A stretch of DNA of 64,000 nt from Lingula anatina (taxonomy: Eukaryota > Animalia > Brachiopoda): the NCBI GenBank assembly GCA_051362555.1, contig CM120643.1, positions 1,426,001 through 1,490,000 on the forward strand, read 5' to 3'. The notes below the pieces were generated by a model. It was not told where the DNA came from, ran no database searches, and saw nothing but the letters and a program-made list of their open reading frames with translations. Positions within the stretch are counted from its first letter, which is position 1. Each line of letters starts with the position of its first letter. Made by a program: the position numbers and the translations under genes. This document shows positions 25,359 through 38,199 of this stretch, in pieces.

Positions 25359-26646
25359 CCTGTGTAAAATGAGTCTAATATATTCTGTGCTTATGTTTTG
25401 GAAATTAGAAATTTGCTATTTTTTAAACACAAGTGTATGTCTCTTGTATGTTTCTTTAATTACTGACCTGCAATTAAAATTGTCCTTATATTATGATCTG
25501 CTTACACACAAAAACTAAGCTACTGCTACGTTAACTATTTTATCACTTTACAACCCTCCCACTAACAAAATAAAACGTTTCCTCGAGATGTTTAAATTAA
25601 ACACATTTGTAATTAAGTGATGACAATCTCCACCACATTGATGAGGATGAATGTAAGATTGCAGTTTTGGCTATTTTGAGAGGTCACAGCTATATGTGAA
25701 GTTAGTAAAAACGGAACTCCTCTATATAAACTCGGAGGTCCGATTAATCTTGGGGAGATATCATATGTTATAGATATGTGGATGTAGTACATATATATAC
25801 ATGCCAAAAAAAAGGAAAAACGCAAATATTTGCTTTGACCATTGCAATAGATGTACCACGGGTTTGAACTGGGAAGTTACCACATGATATATACTACATA
25901 CGTGCCAGGAAAGAAAAAACGCAAGCCTTTGTTTTGACCGTTGCCATTGGCTCAGTGTTATTGTTTAAGTGGACATAAGGGGTTATTTCCAGACAGGACG
26001 CATGGTGATTGGTGCAAATCTGACTGACCAGTGATACAGAGATGAAGACCTAAGGAAAGCTGCAACTTTTTGTTCCAATTCAAATAAGATGTCTGAAAAT
26101 GTTAGAAACATACAAATAAGAGTTACCGTGATGACAAGGATGAAAATGTTAGACACCTGTAAACAACAGAATGATGACAGTTGATACAAGTTTTTTTTCC
26201 CAATTCACCTAATCTGAATCCAAGTAAAAAGCATGAAAAAACACTTCAGCAATAAACAAATTAATAAGTAAATAAATTATAGAGAAACAAACAGACAGCA
26301 TCAAAAAGACGGAGAGGCCACTTGCAAGCAATTTTGATAAGGTAGATCCTTATTCCTGATGAAAGTACCTTTTTTAGCTCCAAACTTAGTAAATGGCAAC
26401 AGAACCAAAATTCATTTTTTCTGTTGCTTCTGATAGTAACATTTTTGGCAAAAAAGGAATTCCTATTGAACTGGGCTTCTCAATAATCCAAAGGATCATT
26501 GGTCGGAGATAACTGGTACAAATCAATACAAATTAGACTCAAACCGGGAAAACATTGATTAAAATTATATTTCATCTATCACTTCATCCATAATGTAATG
26601 CTGCATATCACAATAATGATAATAAATATTGTCACCTTCCATGTTT

Positions 26647-29273
26647 CTAGAAATTGTAATGGAGCTTGAAATCCCAATTAATAAAACTTAAATATCGACC
26701 AGCCTGACCAAATTTCCCTTCGACAATCAATCCAGTGGCGATGTATTTGCTCATATTCACGATAACCATTTTAAATACGCGTCTCTCTACATCACGTACT
26801 ATACTATCAAGATCCCTGGTTTCAGAATGTATGGGACCAAAATGTTTGACAAAAATTCCAAGAGATTTGTTATAATATGGTAGTGCCTCTGCGTACTTAC
26901 CCATTTTACATAGTGTACTGCCAATATTTTGGTATGCTGTAGCAGTATAAGTGTGTTTCTCACCAAAAATTTCTTTCTGGATTTTAAGAGATTTCTCGTA
27001 ATATGGTAGTGCCTTTGTGTACTTACCCATTTCAAATAGGGTATTGCCAATATACCCGTATGTCGCAGCAGTATCAGGGTGTTTCTCACCAAGGATTTCT
27101 TTCCTGATTTCAAGGGATTTCTCATAATTTTTAAGTGCATCTGCGAACTTACCCATTTCACTTAATACACCGCCAATATTATGGTACGTTCCGGCAGTAT
27201 CAGAATGTTTCACACCAAGTATTTCTTTCTGGATTTTTAGAGCTTTCTCGTAATATGTAAGTGACTCTGGGTACTCACCTGTGCCACGTAGGGTATTACC
27301 GATATTCATGTATGTCGCGGCAGTGTGACGGTGTTTCTCACCAAATATTTCTTTTTTGATTTCTAGAGATTTCACATAATGTTGACGTGCCTCGGAGTGC
27401 TTACCCATGTGACTTAGTGAAAATGCAATACCTTTGTATGCCTCACCAGTACTAGGGTGTTCTTCACCAAGTATTTCTTTCCTGATTTCAAGAGACATCT
27501 CGTAATATGGAAGTGCCTCTGCGTACTTACCCGTGTTACTTAGTGCATTGCCAATATTCTGGTATGTATCAGTAGAAAGATCTTTCTTTCCAATTTCTTT
27601 TTCGGTTTCAAGATATTTCTTATAATATGTAAGTGCCTCTGCGTACTTACCCATGCCATGTAGTACTCCAACAATATCCTGGTATGTCCGCGCAGTATCA
27701 GGGTGTTTCTCACCATGGACTTTTTTCTTAATGTCTAGAGCTTCCAAATAATATGTTAGTGACTCTGAGTGCCTACCCATGTCACCCAGTACACTGCCAA
27801 TACCTGAGTATATTGTAGCAGTACCAATATTAGTATCAGGGTGTTTCTCATCAAGAATTTCTTTCTGGATTTCGAGAGATTTCTCATAATATGATAGTGC
27901 CTTTTGGTATTTACCCATTTTTTGCAGCACATCGCCGATTTTGAAATATATTGGAATGCTTATTTGTTCAAACGGGAAATATTTTTCTATCAACATTTCC
28001 AATGTTTCAAGTATTTTTAAGGCTTCAGGGAACAAGAAAACGTTTGTATATACACATGCAATTAAAAAGAGGTTTTTACATTTTCCTGTTTCTTTGTCGT
28101 GTTGCTTTTTGCTGCATAGTTGTTCTGAGAGCAAATCAGCAACAACTTTTAAATGTGGAAGTACATTTTGTGTTTTTCTGAGTGCTTCTTTCGAAGGGAA
28201 GTGTATCAGATTTGAAAACAGAAGAGCGATTTGTTTTATGTAATATTTACAGTATGTATCTTGTACGCCAGATATTTCATTTTGATCTTGTCTTGCTTGA
28301 AACGCTGCATAAGACTTTAATAGGGGGTGAAAATCATACCCACTGTGGTCTGCACTTAGTAGTGATTTAGTGTTAAGACTGTCAAGGATAGATTCACATT
28401 CATCCTCATCTATTTCAAACATTTCTGAAACTTCTTCTACGTGAAATGAAACTGGAAATATATGTAAAGCTCGAAACAATTTCTGTTCTTCAGTATTCAG
28501 TGTTTCGTAAGACATATCCAGACATGCCATCATTTCTTGAGAAGCTGGAAGATTTGCCACCCTAAGGATTTCAACAACATTTTTGTTTTTCATCCTATCT
28601 AATAGCCTCTGCACAGATTTTCTCTTAAGTTGAACTGATAATAATTTCAATGCGAGTGGATTTCTTCCACACTTCTCTGCTATTTCACCTAACGCTAATG
28701 ACTCACTATCAGTGGGACTGGCGGTTTTTTCTTCCCAAAGGATATCAATGGAGGAGGTCTTATCAAGGGCGGGTACCTCTACGTCAGCCATGTTATGTGA
28801 CACAAGACTGAATGCTTCACGACTGGTACACAACAAAGTGATATGCTTTGTTGAATTTAAAATGATTTGGATCAAGTTGTGGAATTCTTGCAAATTTGAA
28901 TTAATGACCTCATCATTGTTATCAAAAATAATAACTGTATCTAAAGTTAAACTAGACAAAGTTTGTATGAATATATTTTGAAAGTCACCGTATGAATCTT
29001 TCAGGGATAGTGTTGGGTGGTAGTGCTGTACCAGAGATAACTTGACAGATTCAAGGTTGGTGACTTGTCTCATATCAATGAACAGCACCTTTTGCTGACG
29101 ATGCCCGACCTCGATAGCCACCGATGTCTTTCCAATGCCCGCCATCCCAGTTAGAAGAACAAGTCGGGTTTCACCTGCAATGTGCTGCTGTATTTGCTGT
29201 ACTAAGTTTTCACGGCCTTTAAGGTCAGCAAGTTTTCCTGGTAGCTGTACTGAGAGGAGCTGACATGGGGCAA
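26647..29273 (-). CDS. Gene B exon 2: NB-ARC/STAND NTPase plus nine ~42-aa TPRs
   Basis: KGRE, Walker A GMAGIGKTS, Walker B VIIFDNND, CTSR, CGRNPLAL, FHPLLK; then repeats TAxTYxNIGxxLxxMGKYxEALxYYEKSLEIxKEILGEKHPD. Confidence 0.92.
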
Positions 29274-32200
29274 CTGAAAATTTCGAATGGTAAAAATAAA
29301 CATGATTAAACGTGTACTTACTTTTTCCTGCCATTCTTCTCCTATAATTTTTATAATATAGAATATTACACAACGAGGCATTTATCTATATTTAAAATAA
29401 AGAATTTAAAAATAATCCAAAATATGTCTTTCTATAGCTAAAAAAGACTAATAATTGTAACTACAAAAGAACTCACAGAGTGCAGACTTCCAACATGGCA
29501 TATATACTAAATAACCCCCACAAATTTTACTTTTAAAGGCAGAGGGATAATTTCATCTAAGGACACGAGGACACATCTAAAGCAAGGCTGATACTTGCAC
29601 GCATCGGCACGACTGCATGTCATGTCGGAAAGAGAATTTTGAAATGTTCAAAATTTTGGTCACGACAAAATTTCGCGACCGGGTCGTGAACTATGCGCAA
29701 ACTGTTCGTTAACTCGTCGTAAACTCGTCCGGACGATGCGGGAGGATGCGTGCCAGTGCGTGGCAGTGCGCGCCATGCCACGACTGTTACGAATTGCCAC
29801 GAATAGTTCACGAACAACTCACGTATATTACGTGCCTAAGTCGGCACGACACTGTCCGAATTGCGCAAACTCGTCGTGCCAATGCGGGAAGTGCGTAAAC
29901 TATGCGCAAACTATGCGTGAACTTGTCGTGCCAGTTCGTGTCAATGTGGACACGCATTCGTAAACTATTCGTTAGCTCGTCGTGAACTCGTAGTGAACTA
30001 TGCGTGAATAGTGCGGGAGCCTCCCACTTCGTGCCCCAAAATGGCACGACTTTCCACGACAAAATCGGGACCAAAAGTCGTGCAAGTGTCAGCCTTGCAT
30101 AAGAACATAAGAAAAGTTTATGTGTGGCATCACTCAAGCATCCCCTTATGTAAGCGGGATAATAACGACAACTGGGGTTTTCAGATAAGTTTATTCTTGG
30201 TAATCGAAATAAGAATTAAAATAAGACTAAAATTAAGGCTTCCAGAGAATCCTGTGCTTTCATAAAAGAATAAACCCGCTTACGGCACATCAAAGTCAAA
30301 CATCAAACAGAACAAAAAACTACACATCAAAAACGCCGAGCGCGTCACGGCCTCCACGAGCGTGCTGCGTCGTGTGCGGCCGATGACGTGCCTCACGACG
30401 TTCTGCGTCGTCAGTGGCGACGACGAAATTGCATCAAAAATGTACAAGACAAAGAACACTGAAACAGGGTACAGTCTCCCCTGGAAAAAATATTAGACGA
30501 CCACGTCTAATGAAAGTTTTGGTTTAATACGGAACGCGGCTCATTAAACGGATTCGAATGAAAACCTGCACGGCGCCGAGTTGTGCGTCGTACAGATTGT
30601 GAGGGGGGTTCTACTTCATCTGTATGAGCCGAGTGTTCCGAGTCGGAACTACTTTCACATCGCATTTCCATTTGAACGTCAAAACCCAGTTCATTGTCAC
30701 TGTCAGATTCAGAAGAACTAGAAACAGTTCCATGTTCGTTATCATTGTCTGATTCCGAAGAAATCGAAATATCTCCTCTTCTTTGGTTGACTGCATTTCT
30801 TCGCGATTTGCGATTTTCAATAGCTTTTGTTACAGTCTTTGGTACACAGAGTTTCAAGTCCTTGCGATTTACACAGGAGGTTTTTCGCCCGACCATAGCA
30901 ACCACCATGTAGGTATTGTCTTTCCTTTCTTTTATAATATAGACTTCAGGTGACCATGCATCCCCAATCTTATTTCTGCCCTGAATGCGGTTGCGGAGAT
31001 GCACGTGATCCCCGACTTGCAGCACGCTCTCTTCTGCACGTTTATCATAAACCCTTTTCATCTTTTCAATGTCAGCTTCTAGTTGCTTGGTGGTCTTTTT
31101 ATAAACCTCCTTAAGTCTCTCTCTATGACGACATATCCATTCTGTCCTGTTGTCTGGAACTGCAGTTGAAGTATCGAGCATTAAATCAATGGGCAGCTTC
31201 GGTACTCGACCAAAGATCAAATAAAATGGACTAAATCCAGTGGCTGAATGTGGAGTGACATTGTAAGCATACACTAGTTCAGGCAAGAAGTCCGGCCACT
31301 GAGCTGGTGTTAATGTACGTAAGAGATCATGCATTGTGCGATTGAATCTCTCGCACTGTCCATTCCCTCTCGGGTGGTATGCTGTTGTGCGGGATTTATC
31401 AATTCCATAAATTTTGTACAACTCACTCACTATCTTGGCATCGAAGGATTTCCCTTGATCTGAGTGAATTCTTTGAGGCACTCCATAACGTAGGAACCAT
31501 TCCCGCACAAGGGCTTTCGCAACTGTCTGAGCTGTCTGGTTCTTCGTAGGTACGGCAATTGTAAATTTGCTGTATACGTCGGTCATGACTAGAACATTTT
31601 CAATTCCGTTTCCGGCTGGTTCCAAAACTGTGAAATCAATGGCGACGATTTCCATTGGCTCATGAGCTATGATGCTTTGCATAGGTGTACGAATATTTCG
31701 TGATGGCATTTTGGCCAGATTACACCTTTCACAGTTTGATATCCAGTCCTTAACATCGGCAGACATATGAGGCCAATAGTATCGTGATCGGATCAATTTT
31801 TCTGTACGTTCAGCCCCCTGATGCCCCATTCGATCATGTAGAGCATTCAATACTGTTTCCTTCAGATTTTCTGGCAGCAAGAGTTGATTTATCTCTTCAC
31901 CATTGCCTGGATCTCTGCATTTTCTGTATAGGATTCCGTCGTGCTCATGAAATCGCTCCATCTGTCTTAAAAGTCTCTTCACATCTGGGACTTCTTTTCG
32001 CCTCTCCCTTGCTGACGGACTGTTACCTGTCTGAAGGAAATAGCGTAATCTGTTTATCACGGGATCAGCCCTCTGTTTCTCTTGAATGTCGATGCTTCCT
32101 CCATTCGGTGTGACTGGCACAAGTGGTTCAAATACGTGATTTACACTGGCGTCGGTGGTACATAATGTCGCTTTCAGTAGCTTCTGGCGAATCTCTGCAG

Positions 32201-35200
32201 GTATTGTAGTGACCTGTAGTATTTCTGCAATGTCATCTTCATCAAGTACAGTGACGTCATCAACTGGAGGTCTTCGACTTAACCCATCGGCCGATCCATT
32301 CAATTTACCTGGTCGGTACTGGATTGTAAAATTAAACCTGGCCAATTCTGCCTGCCAGCGATGTTCTGTAGCACTTAGCTTAGCAGATGACTGCACATAA
32401 CACAGAGGATTGTTGTCTGTTAATACCAGGAATGGAGCGGCTAGCAGGAAATCTCGGAACTTTTCTGTTACGGCCCACTTTAGAGCGAGAAGTTCTAACT
32501 TCATTGAACTGTAAAATTTCTTCTCAGCACCGCGGAGTCCACGACTAGCATAAGCAATCACAACTCTTTTTCCTTCCTGTTCCTGGAATAAAACGGCACC
32601 TAAACCAGACTGACTCGCATCAGTCTCTAAAACAAATGGTTTCGAAAAGTCGGCAAATCCCAATACAGGAGCAGAGATCAAATCACTCTTTAGTGTGTCG
32701 AATGCGTTCTGATGGTCGGCGCCCCACACGAATGGCACACGTGGTTTCTCCAGCTTACGACCAAACTTCCTTTTCTTCCCCTTGTTTGGATCTTGGTTCA
32801 CCAAACTGAACAAGGGTGCGGCTTTCTGAGAAAAATGACGAATGTACCGTCGGTGGTATCCAGCTGTGCCTAAAAATGCTCGTAGTTCCGCAGCATTCTG
32901 GGGTACTGGCCAATCTGACACTACTTTTACTTTGTCTGGATCTGGTGAAATCCCTTGTTCTGAAATGATTTGCCCTAAGTACGTCACCGACTTCTTAAAT
33001 AAATGGCACTTACTCGGCTCGATTTTCAACCCATGTTTTCCCAGGCGTTGAAAAACCATTTCAAGTCGCTGAAAGTGCTCTTCAATTGTGGACGAGAAAA
33101 CGATAATATCATCTAAGAAAACAATCATCTTTTCATTCATTTCGTCACGGAAGATGAGTTGCATCAACCGCTGAAATGTCGCGGGCGAGTTACAAAGCCC
33201 ATACGGCATTTTAACATATTCATACAGTCCCATTGGGGTCGTGAAAGCTGTCTTATGCTGATCAGGCTCTGCTACCTCAACTTGATTATAGGCCGCCTTC
33301 AAATCAATTGTTGAAAAGTACTTAGCTCCACTCATGTGATCAAACGTTTCTTCCACGCGTGGAAGAGGGTAAGCATCTTTTCTGGTCTTGGAATTCAGCT
33401 TCCGGTAATCTACACACATTCGAATCTTCCCATTCTTTTTCCTGCATACAACTATGGGACTGGCATACTCAGACGTACTAGGTCGTATCACTCCCTTCTT
33501 GACTAGATCGTGTATATGTTCTTTCACTTCCTGGAAATGCGGCGGCGGTATACGTCGGTAAGGGCATTTTACAGGAGCGTCATCCGATGTGTGAATAGGA
33601 TGAGTTATTGTATGAGTCAGACCCACGTCTTCGTCACAGAAAGCAAACACATGTTTGTTACGACTTAATACTTCAGTGAGTCGTTTGGAATCACAAGTGG
33701 AAATGTCTCCCACGGCTATGTCTTTCAACCAATCTAGACTCTCAGGGGGTGCTTGGCTGGTTGCGTACTGCGCTGTACACACTGATGCTGTGGATTTATT
33801 GGGGTGTAGGCTAACCTGTATACAGTCACCACAGTCCTTCAATTCAACTTGATGAGTTGTATCCACAATATCAGCCGCAGAAACTCTTCCCAGTGGAGAG
33901 CGAGGTCGAAGCCAAACTTCATTTTCCGTCGGGTTAAACACTTCCACGTCAAAATGTCCACTTTCGGATACGACTAGCCCTGGGTTCAAAAGCAACCCAC
34001 CACACACTGGATTATCGAGGGCTTCAGTGATCAACATCCCTGGATAACGTTGTCCATATGCAGAAACAATGCGCGTGGACCAGGCTGGAATATTCACCAT
34101 ATCCTGGCCAGCAACTTTAAAAACATGCCCATCAACACATGATATATATCCTACATATATTTAACCATCAAACATGTCCTACTGCTGAACACACCCAGGC
34201 TAAAAGGGTGTACCATGCTTAGGAACTAAATACATTGAAAAGGTCAGACAAAGCAGGCACTTGGATGTTTTTGCAGTGTACGTTATGATTGTGTACCTGT
34301 GTTTTGTACCAAAAATAAAAACATTTTAGATCATTTTAATGACTTTTCATACAAGAATGTTGTCTAACAACTGGGTTTGACACAATGTTGTTACCTGACG
34401 TTGATCCAAATTTCAAATCTAACATTTATCTAACGTCTTATCAACGTTATGGTTCAACGTTGTTTCAACGTTAAAACAACATAATAAGTCTAAACGGATT
34501 TCCACAATATGTGAATGGTAGGGGCATTTTGGGGTAAAATTTGGGAACCAGGCTTATTAGCATAATTTTGGGATGCTGAATCCGATTCACCAGGTTCCCA
34601 AGTGAAATTTTGTGTTTTTAGCTGTCTTATTTGCAAAAACAAAAGGGCCGCCAAATTTCCAATTTTCTGCAATATCTTTGTAACTAAACAAGCGGATATG
34701 ACAAATGAAGTGGTTATACCTAAATTCCATGATTCCTCACTATTTCTACGATTTCTAAATTCTATCAATACATTGCAGTTCATGGAACCTGTAGTCGCTT
34801 AGGGGCCTTAGCACCTTATGTGGACACTTAAAACCTATGACAACCTCCTTGTGACTGAGGCTGCTCTAAAGTAGAGGCTTTCGTAAGATCTTCCATTTGT
34901 GCAAGAGGAAAATCCAAAATACTCCTCAATGTATTTCAAATGATAAACTAAAGATTACTTATAAATCGTGAGGAATTTTTAACGAACCTGACTTTTTTCC
35001 TAAAAAAGGACAGAGACAGAGCTTTGAACATATTTACTATTGAACTTGACTAGGAAGTTCTATATGTTCCTATGACCTTGAAATTGACCCTTAACCTACT
35101 TTTCACCATGAACTGCACTTTACAAATGTAGAGAACTTGAATAGGAAGTCATATATTGGTAATCATACTGTGACCTTGAATTTGAGCTTTGAATCACTTT

Positions 35201-36241
35201 CAACATGAACTATACTACAAATTTTAAAGCTCTCATATATATTATACTGAATTTTGCATGGGATGTCTTATATTCTTGCAGCAACATTAGATTTGACCCT
35301 TTCCCCACGATTTTATTATAAATTGTAATTTTCTATCAAAAATATGAGTAATCTTGTTTATGCATTATGTAGAGCTTGTCAACTACAACGGTTGAGATGG
35401 TGTCCCTGTTTTCCATACATATGCCTTTACTCCAGCTGTTGGCATAATACACAGAGGCGGTATAACCTTTTTGATCCTGTACTTCAACTTATTGCTCACA
35501 TTTTCAGGTTTTGAAAATAAACACTTAATTCACTGAACCTTTGAGAGGAGTTTACCATTCTGGATGACGAAAAACACGGGTTTGATTCCTTCATATCATT
35601 TATCATTATTTCATCATTTTATTTTAACATTCTGTTTCTCGTCTGTGTATAAACCAATTACCTTTAGCATCCAGAGGCACAATAAGAAGCTTGTCGTAAT
35701 CATCGCTGGTATATATTGGTGACAGTGACAGCAGGACGTGCTTGAGGCCATTAAACTCTCCCTGAAATGCTGTGTCAGTGATGCCAGGACTTCCATGCAT
35801 GTGGTTATTGCGGTAGGTCTTCACTCTACCAATGTTGGCCTCTAAGGAGGTGTCAGAAGCTGGTGGGTTTTCCCATTTAGCACCAGGGTTCAGATTGGTG
35901 ATGTTTCTTAATAAAACAACTGTAAGTGTAATATCTAAGTCCTGTGTTGTCACAGTGGTTGAAGGGGTGCCAGAGGGGTACAGTAGTTTCATTTGACTCG
36001 AGTTCATTACCTTTCTCTTTTTCAAAAGCAGTAAGGTATGTTTGGCTTGTTGATTATTAAGTACGTCAAAAAGTTTGTCAGTTTTACTGGGATCAAACAG
36101 TCCTGGATAAGCTGCTTGTAGCTGAGTCCTGAGAACATCTCGAAGTACGTCAGTTGCACGTTCTAAGAGCAGCCGCATGCGAAAATAATTTTCCTTTTCA
36201 TTTCGTGGGATTTCTGTGGGTATTCCCAGAATTGTTGCCAT
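26647..36241 (-). CDS. Gene B: HEPN(DZIP3-like)-NB-ARC/STAND-TPR NLR-like protein, 2 coding exons, ~1068 aa
   Basis: Exon 36241-35662 (phase-1 donor) joins in frame to acceptor ttttcag|29273; 3207 nt in total. The 6.4-kb intron contains transposons. Confidence 0.72.
29582..30098. mobile_element. MITE (possibly PIF/Harbinger-derived)
   Basis: TIRs GCAAGGCTGATACTTGCACG / CGTGCAAGTGTCAGCCTTGC; interior rich in CGTG/CACGA motifs. Confidence 0.75.
30149..30473 (-). mobile_element. 3' LTR of the Gypsy element
   Basis: On the minus strand, purine tract AGGGGAGAC then TGTACC...CTTACA, directly after the pol stop. Confidence 0.7.
30507..34100 (-). mobile_element. pol: Ty3/Gypsy pol (RT, RNase H, H2C2 finger, integrase); 5'-truncated element
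   Basis: RMCVDYRKLN, MPYGLCNSPATFQ, FLDD, ETDAS, TDNNPL, HQG..CERC, IHSDQG, GQCERFNRT; no gag or 5' LTR seen. Confidence 0.96.
35662..36241 (-). CDS. Gene B coding exon 1: DZIP3-like HEPN domain, paralog of 13919-14498
   Basis: Same 580-nt coding length and donor position; DLDITLTVVLLRN and RVKTYRNNHMH. Confidence 0.85.
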
Positions 36242-36740
36242 GGTTAAAGAGCGGGTTCTAAGAAAACAAATTTTATCCATGTTATTCTGTCTTAAACTCA
36301 AAACATTAATAAAGGACACACAATGATCGTCATAGAGTATTTACAGGTATGAGAATTGTACAATTAATGAAACGGGAATATCCCTTTCAAAATGATTTAT
36401 ATTGTAAAGCGAATGACTTATACTTTCACTAATTACAGATAACAATTAAAACGGAATCAAAAGAGTAAAAGGATAGAGAGTTATTAAGCGTAAGTTAAGT
36501 TTCATCAAGAATCAACAAGTGTAGAACATGTTTTTAAGGTCAGAAAAAGATTGAAAATGTCAAAGCCAGTGACAGTTTATGTGATTGGTTAATTTCATAA
36601 CATATTTAAATTTTGATTATCTGTTTACTGAGTTTTGGATAAGGTCCAAGCATCAGTAATTCAAGTAATATTTTAGATATCTTTTACTGAAAACAAGTCT
36701 CTACCTTATAAGGTTTACAACATGAGAATGGAAAATTCCT

Positions 36741-37570
36741 TGTAATCACGCAAAGACAATGGAAAGAAAACAAGTCAATGCATGATCAGTGGGGAGAAAA
36801 AGAGATGAATATCTGCGAAGTTGTGTGAAAAGTGAGTCGGTGAATAAACGTTCGAAAGCTCCAGATCGTTGTCGTTAGTTCTCACTGTGGTTAGTGGTGG
36901 TGGAGATGGAGGAAAAATCGATCACCGCTCTACCGAGGCAAGCAGAACGGCGCTACAGTTATGCTGAAGACGGCAGCAGGTGCGTAGACACCGATGCGTT
37001 CTCACCATCCACCCAAGGGCAAACATTGTCAGTGCCCCAAGTGAAGAGGAAACCGAGTAAGCTGGGTATTGAAAATCGCCAAAAGTCATTACTGCCAGCA
37101 ACAATTAATAACTGAATATAAAAAAAGCTGGGGATGTCCTCAGATTTATCTTTAGCACCCTAAAAGGTTACTGGTTACGAAAATGAAGACGTGGGGAGGT
37201 GGTTAAAACAATTTGAAAACTGTACGCAGAATAAAAATTAGAAGATGAGCAAATCACCGCTTTATTTCCTTTGTTACTGAATGGTACGAATGTTAACCAG
37301 TGGAAACCGGGAACGCGAGTTCCGACAGCGATATGAACTAAAATCCGGAGAAAGCCTAAAATTTTTTCAGACGTCATCAGCTGCCAGAAGAACCAATACA
37401 GAGATACATTGAGTCGATGCGTCACGTCACGTCGTTTAGATGAGGGAATGACATTTACAGTGGTAATGAATGGGTTACCACCCAAAATCCGTCCATTTGT
37501 ATTGCGGAAGGAGCCCTTTGACTTTGATTCTCTTATGCACACTCTTAAGTAAATGAAAGCAACGACGCGT
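36741..37570 (+). mobile_element. Degenerate LTR retroelement: LTR, PBS-like site and gag remnant
   Basis: LTR shared with 21841, then TGGTGGAGATG; broken frames give WLKQFENC..ITALFPLLLNG and NGLPPKIRPFVLRKEP. Confidence 0.55.
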
Positions 37571-38199
37571 AGCATATATTCTATTATCCGTCGCTGTGTT
37601 CTAATAAGGAACACCATGTGTTCTCATCAGAATACTTGACGTTCTTTATTGTTCATTTAGAGAACATGTGTGCTAATATCCACAGTGGTATAATTTTGTT
37701 ATAGGTCTATGTAAGAAAATGCCTTTCAATAGTATACTGAAATGTTTTAGGACATTCAATGCTTTGGAATTGAGTGCCGTCCCCTCGTAGTTAGCAACTA
37801 CGGCGATTTACAGCGTCACATGAGACTCTGGCATAAGTTAATCAATGTTTATTGAAATGCACCGAAAAAAGCCCTGTTCAATGTAAATTAATATAAAACA
37901 AATGTGATTCTAATATATCTGGTGCAATGTTAATCCATTTGACAATTGTGTCTTCTTGATAAAGTTTATCACACCAAGTCAGTGTTCCAAATTAGAACAC
38001 AACGTTCTGATATTCGACATATTCTAGAATGCGGACATTAGTACATGGTTTCACCGCCAGGTGAACAATGTGCACTATTCTGACATGAGCAGTTTTACCT
38101 CCGATTCTTGTATGCTGCAACGGCGTGCGGTTTAGCCAAACAGTGTTTACAGTAGTGAAGGCACTTCATATTCCACACCTTTTCACCATGTCAGATAAT

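Noticed and set aside
25983-26189. Hydrophobic ORF that could be a membrane-anchor exon of gene B
   Set aside because: No convincing donor before the 26647 stop and no recognisable homology.
26799-27161. Repetitive 120-aa ORF overlapping the TPRs
   Set aside because: Alternate-frame shadow of the TPR repeats.
29620-30070. CRISPR-like or regularly spaced repeats
   Set aside because: Irregular short motifs inside a MITE; eukaryotic context with no repeat-spacer periodicity.
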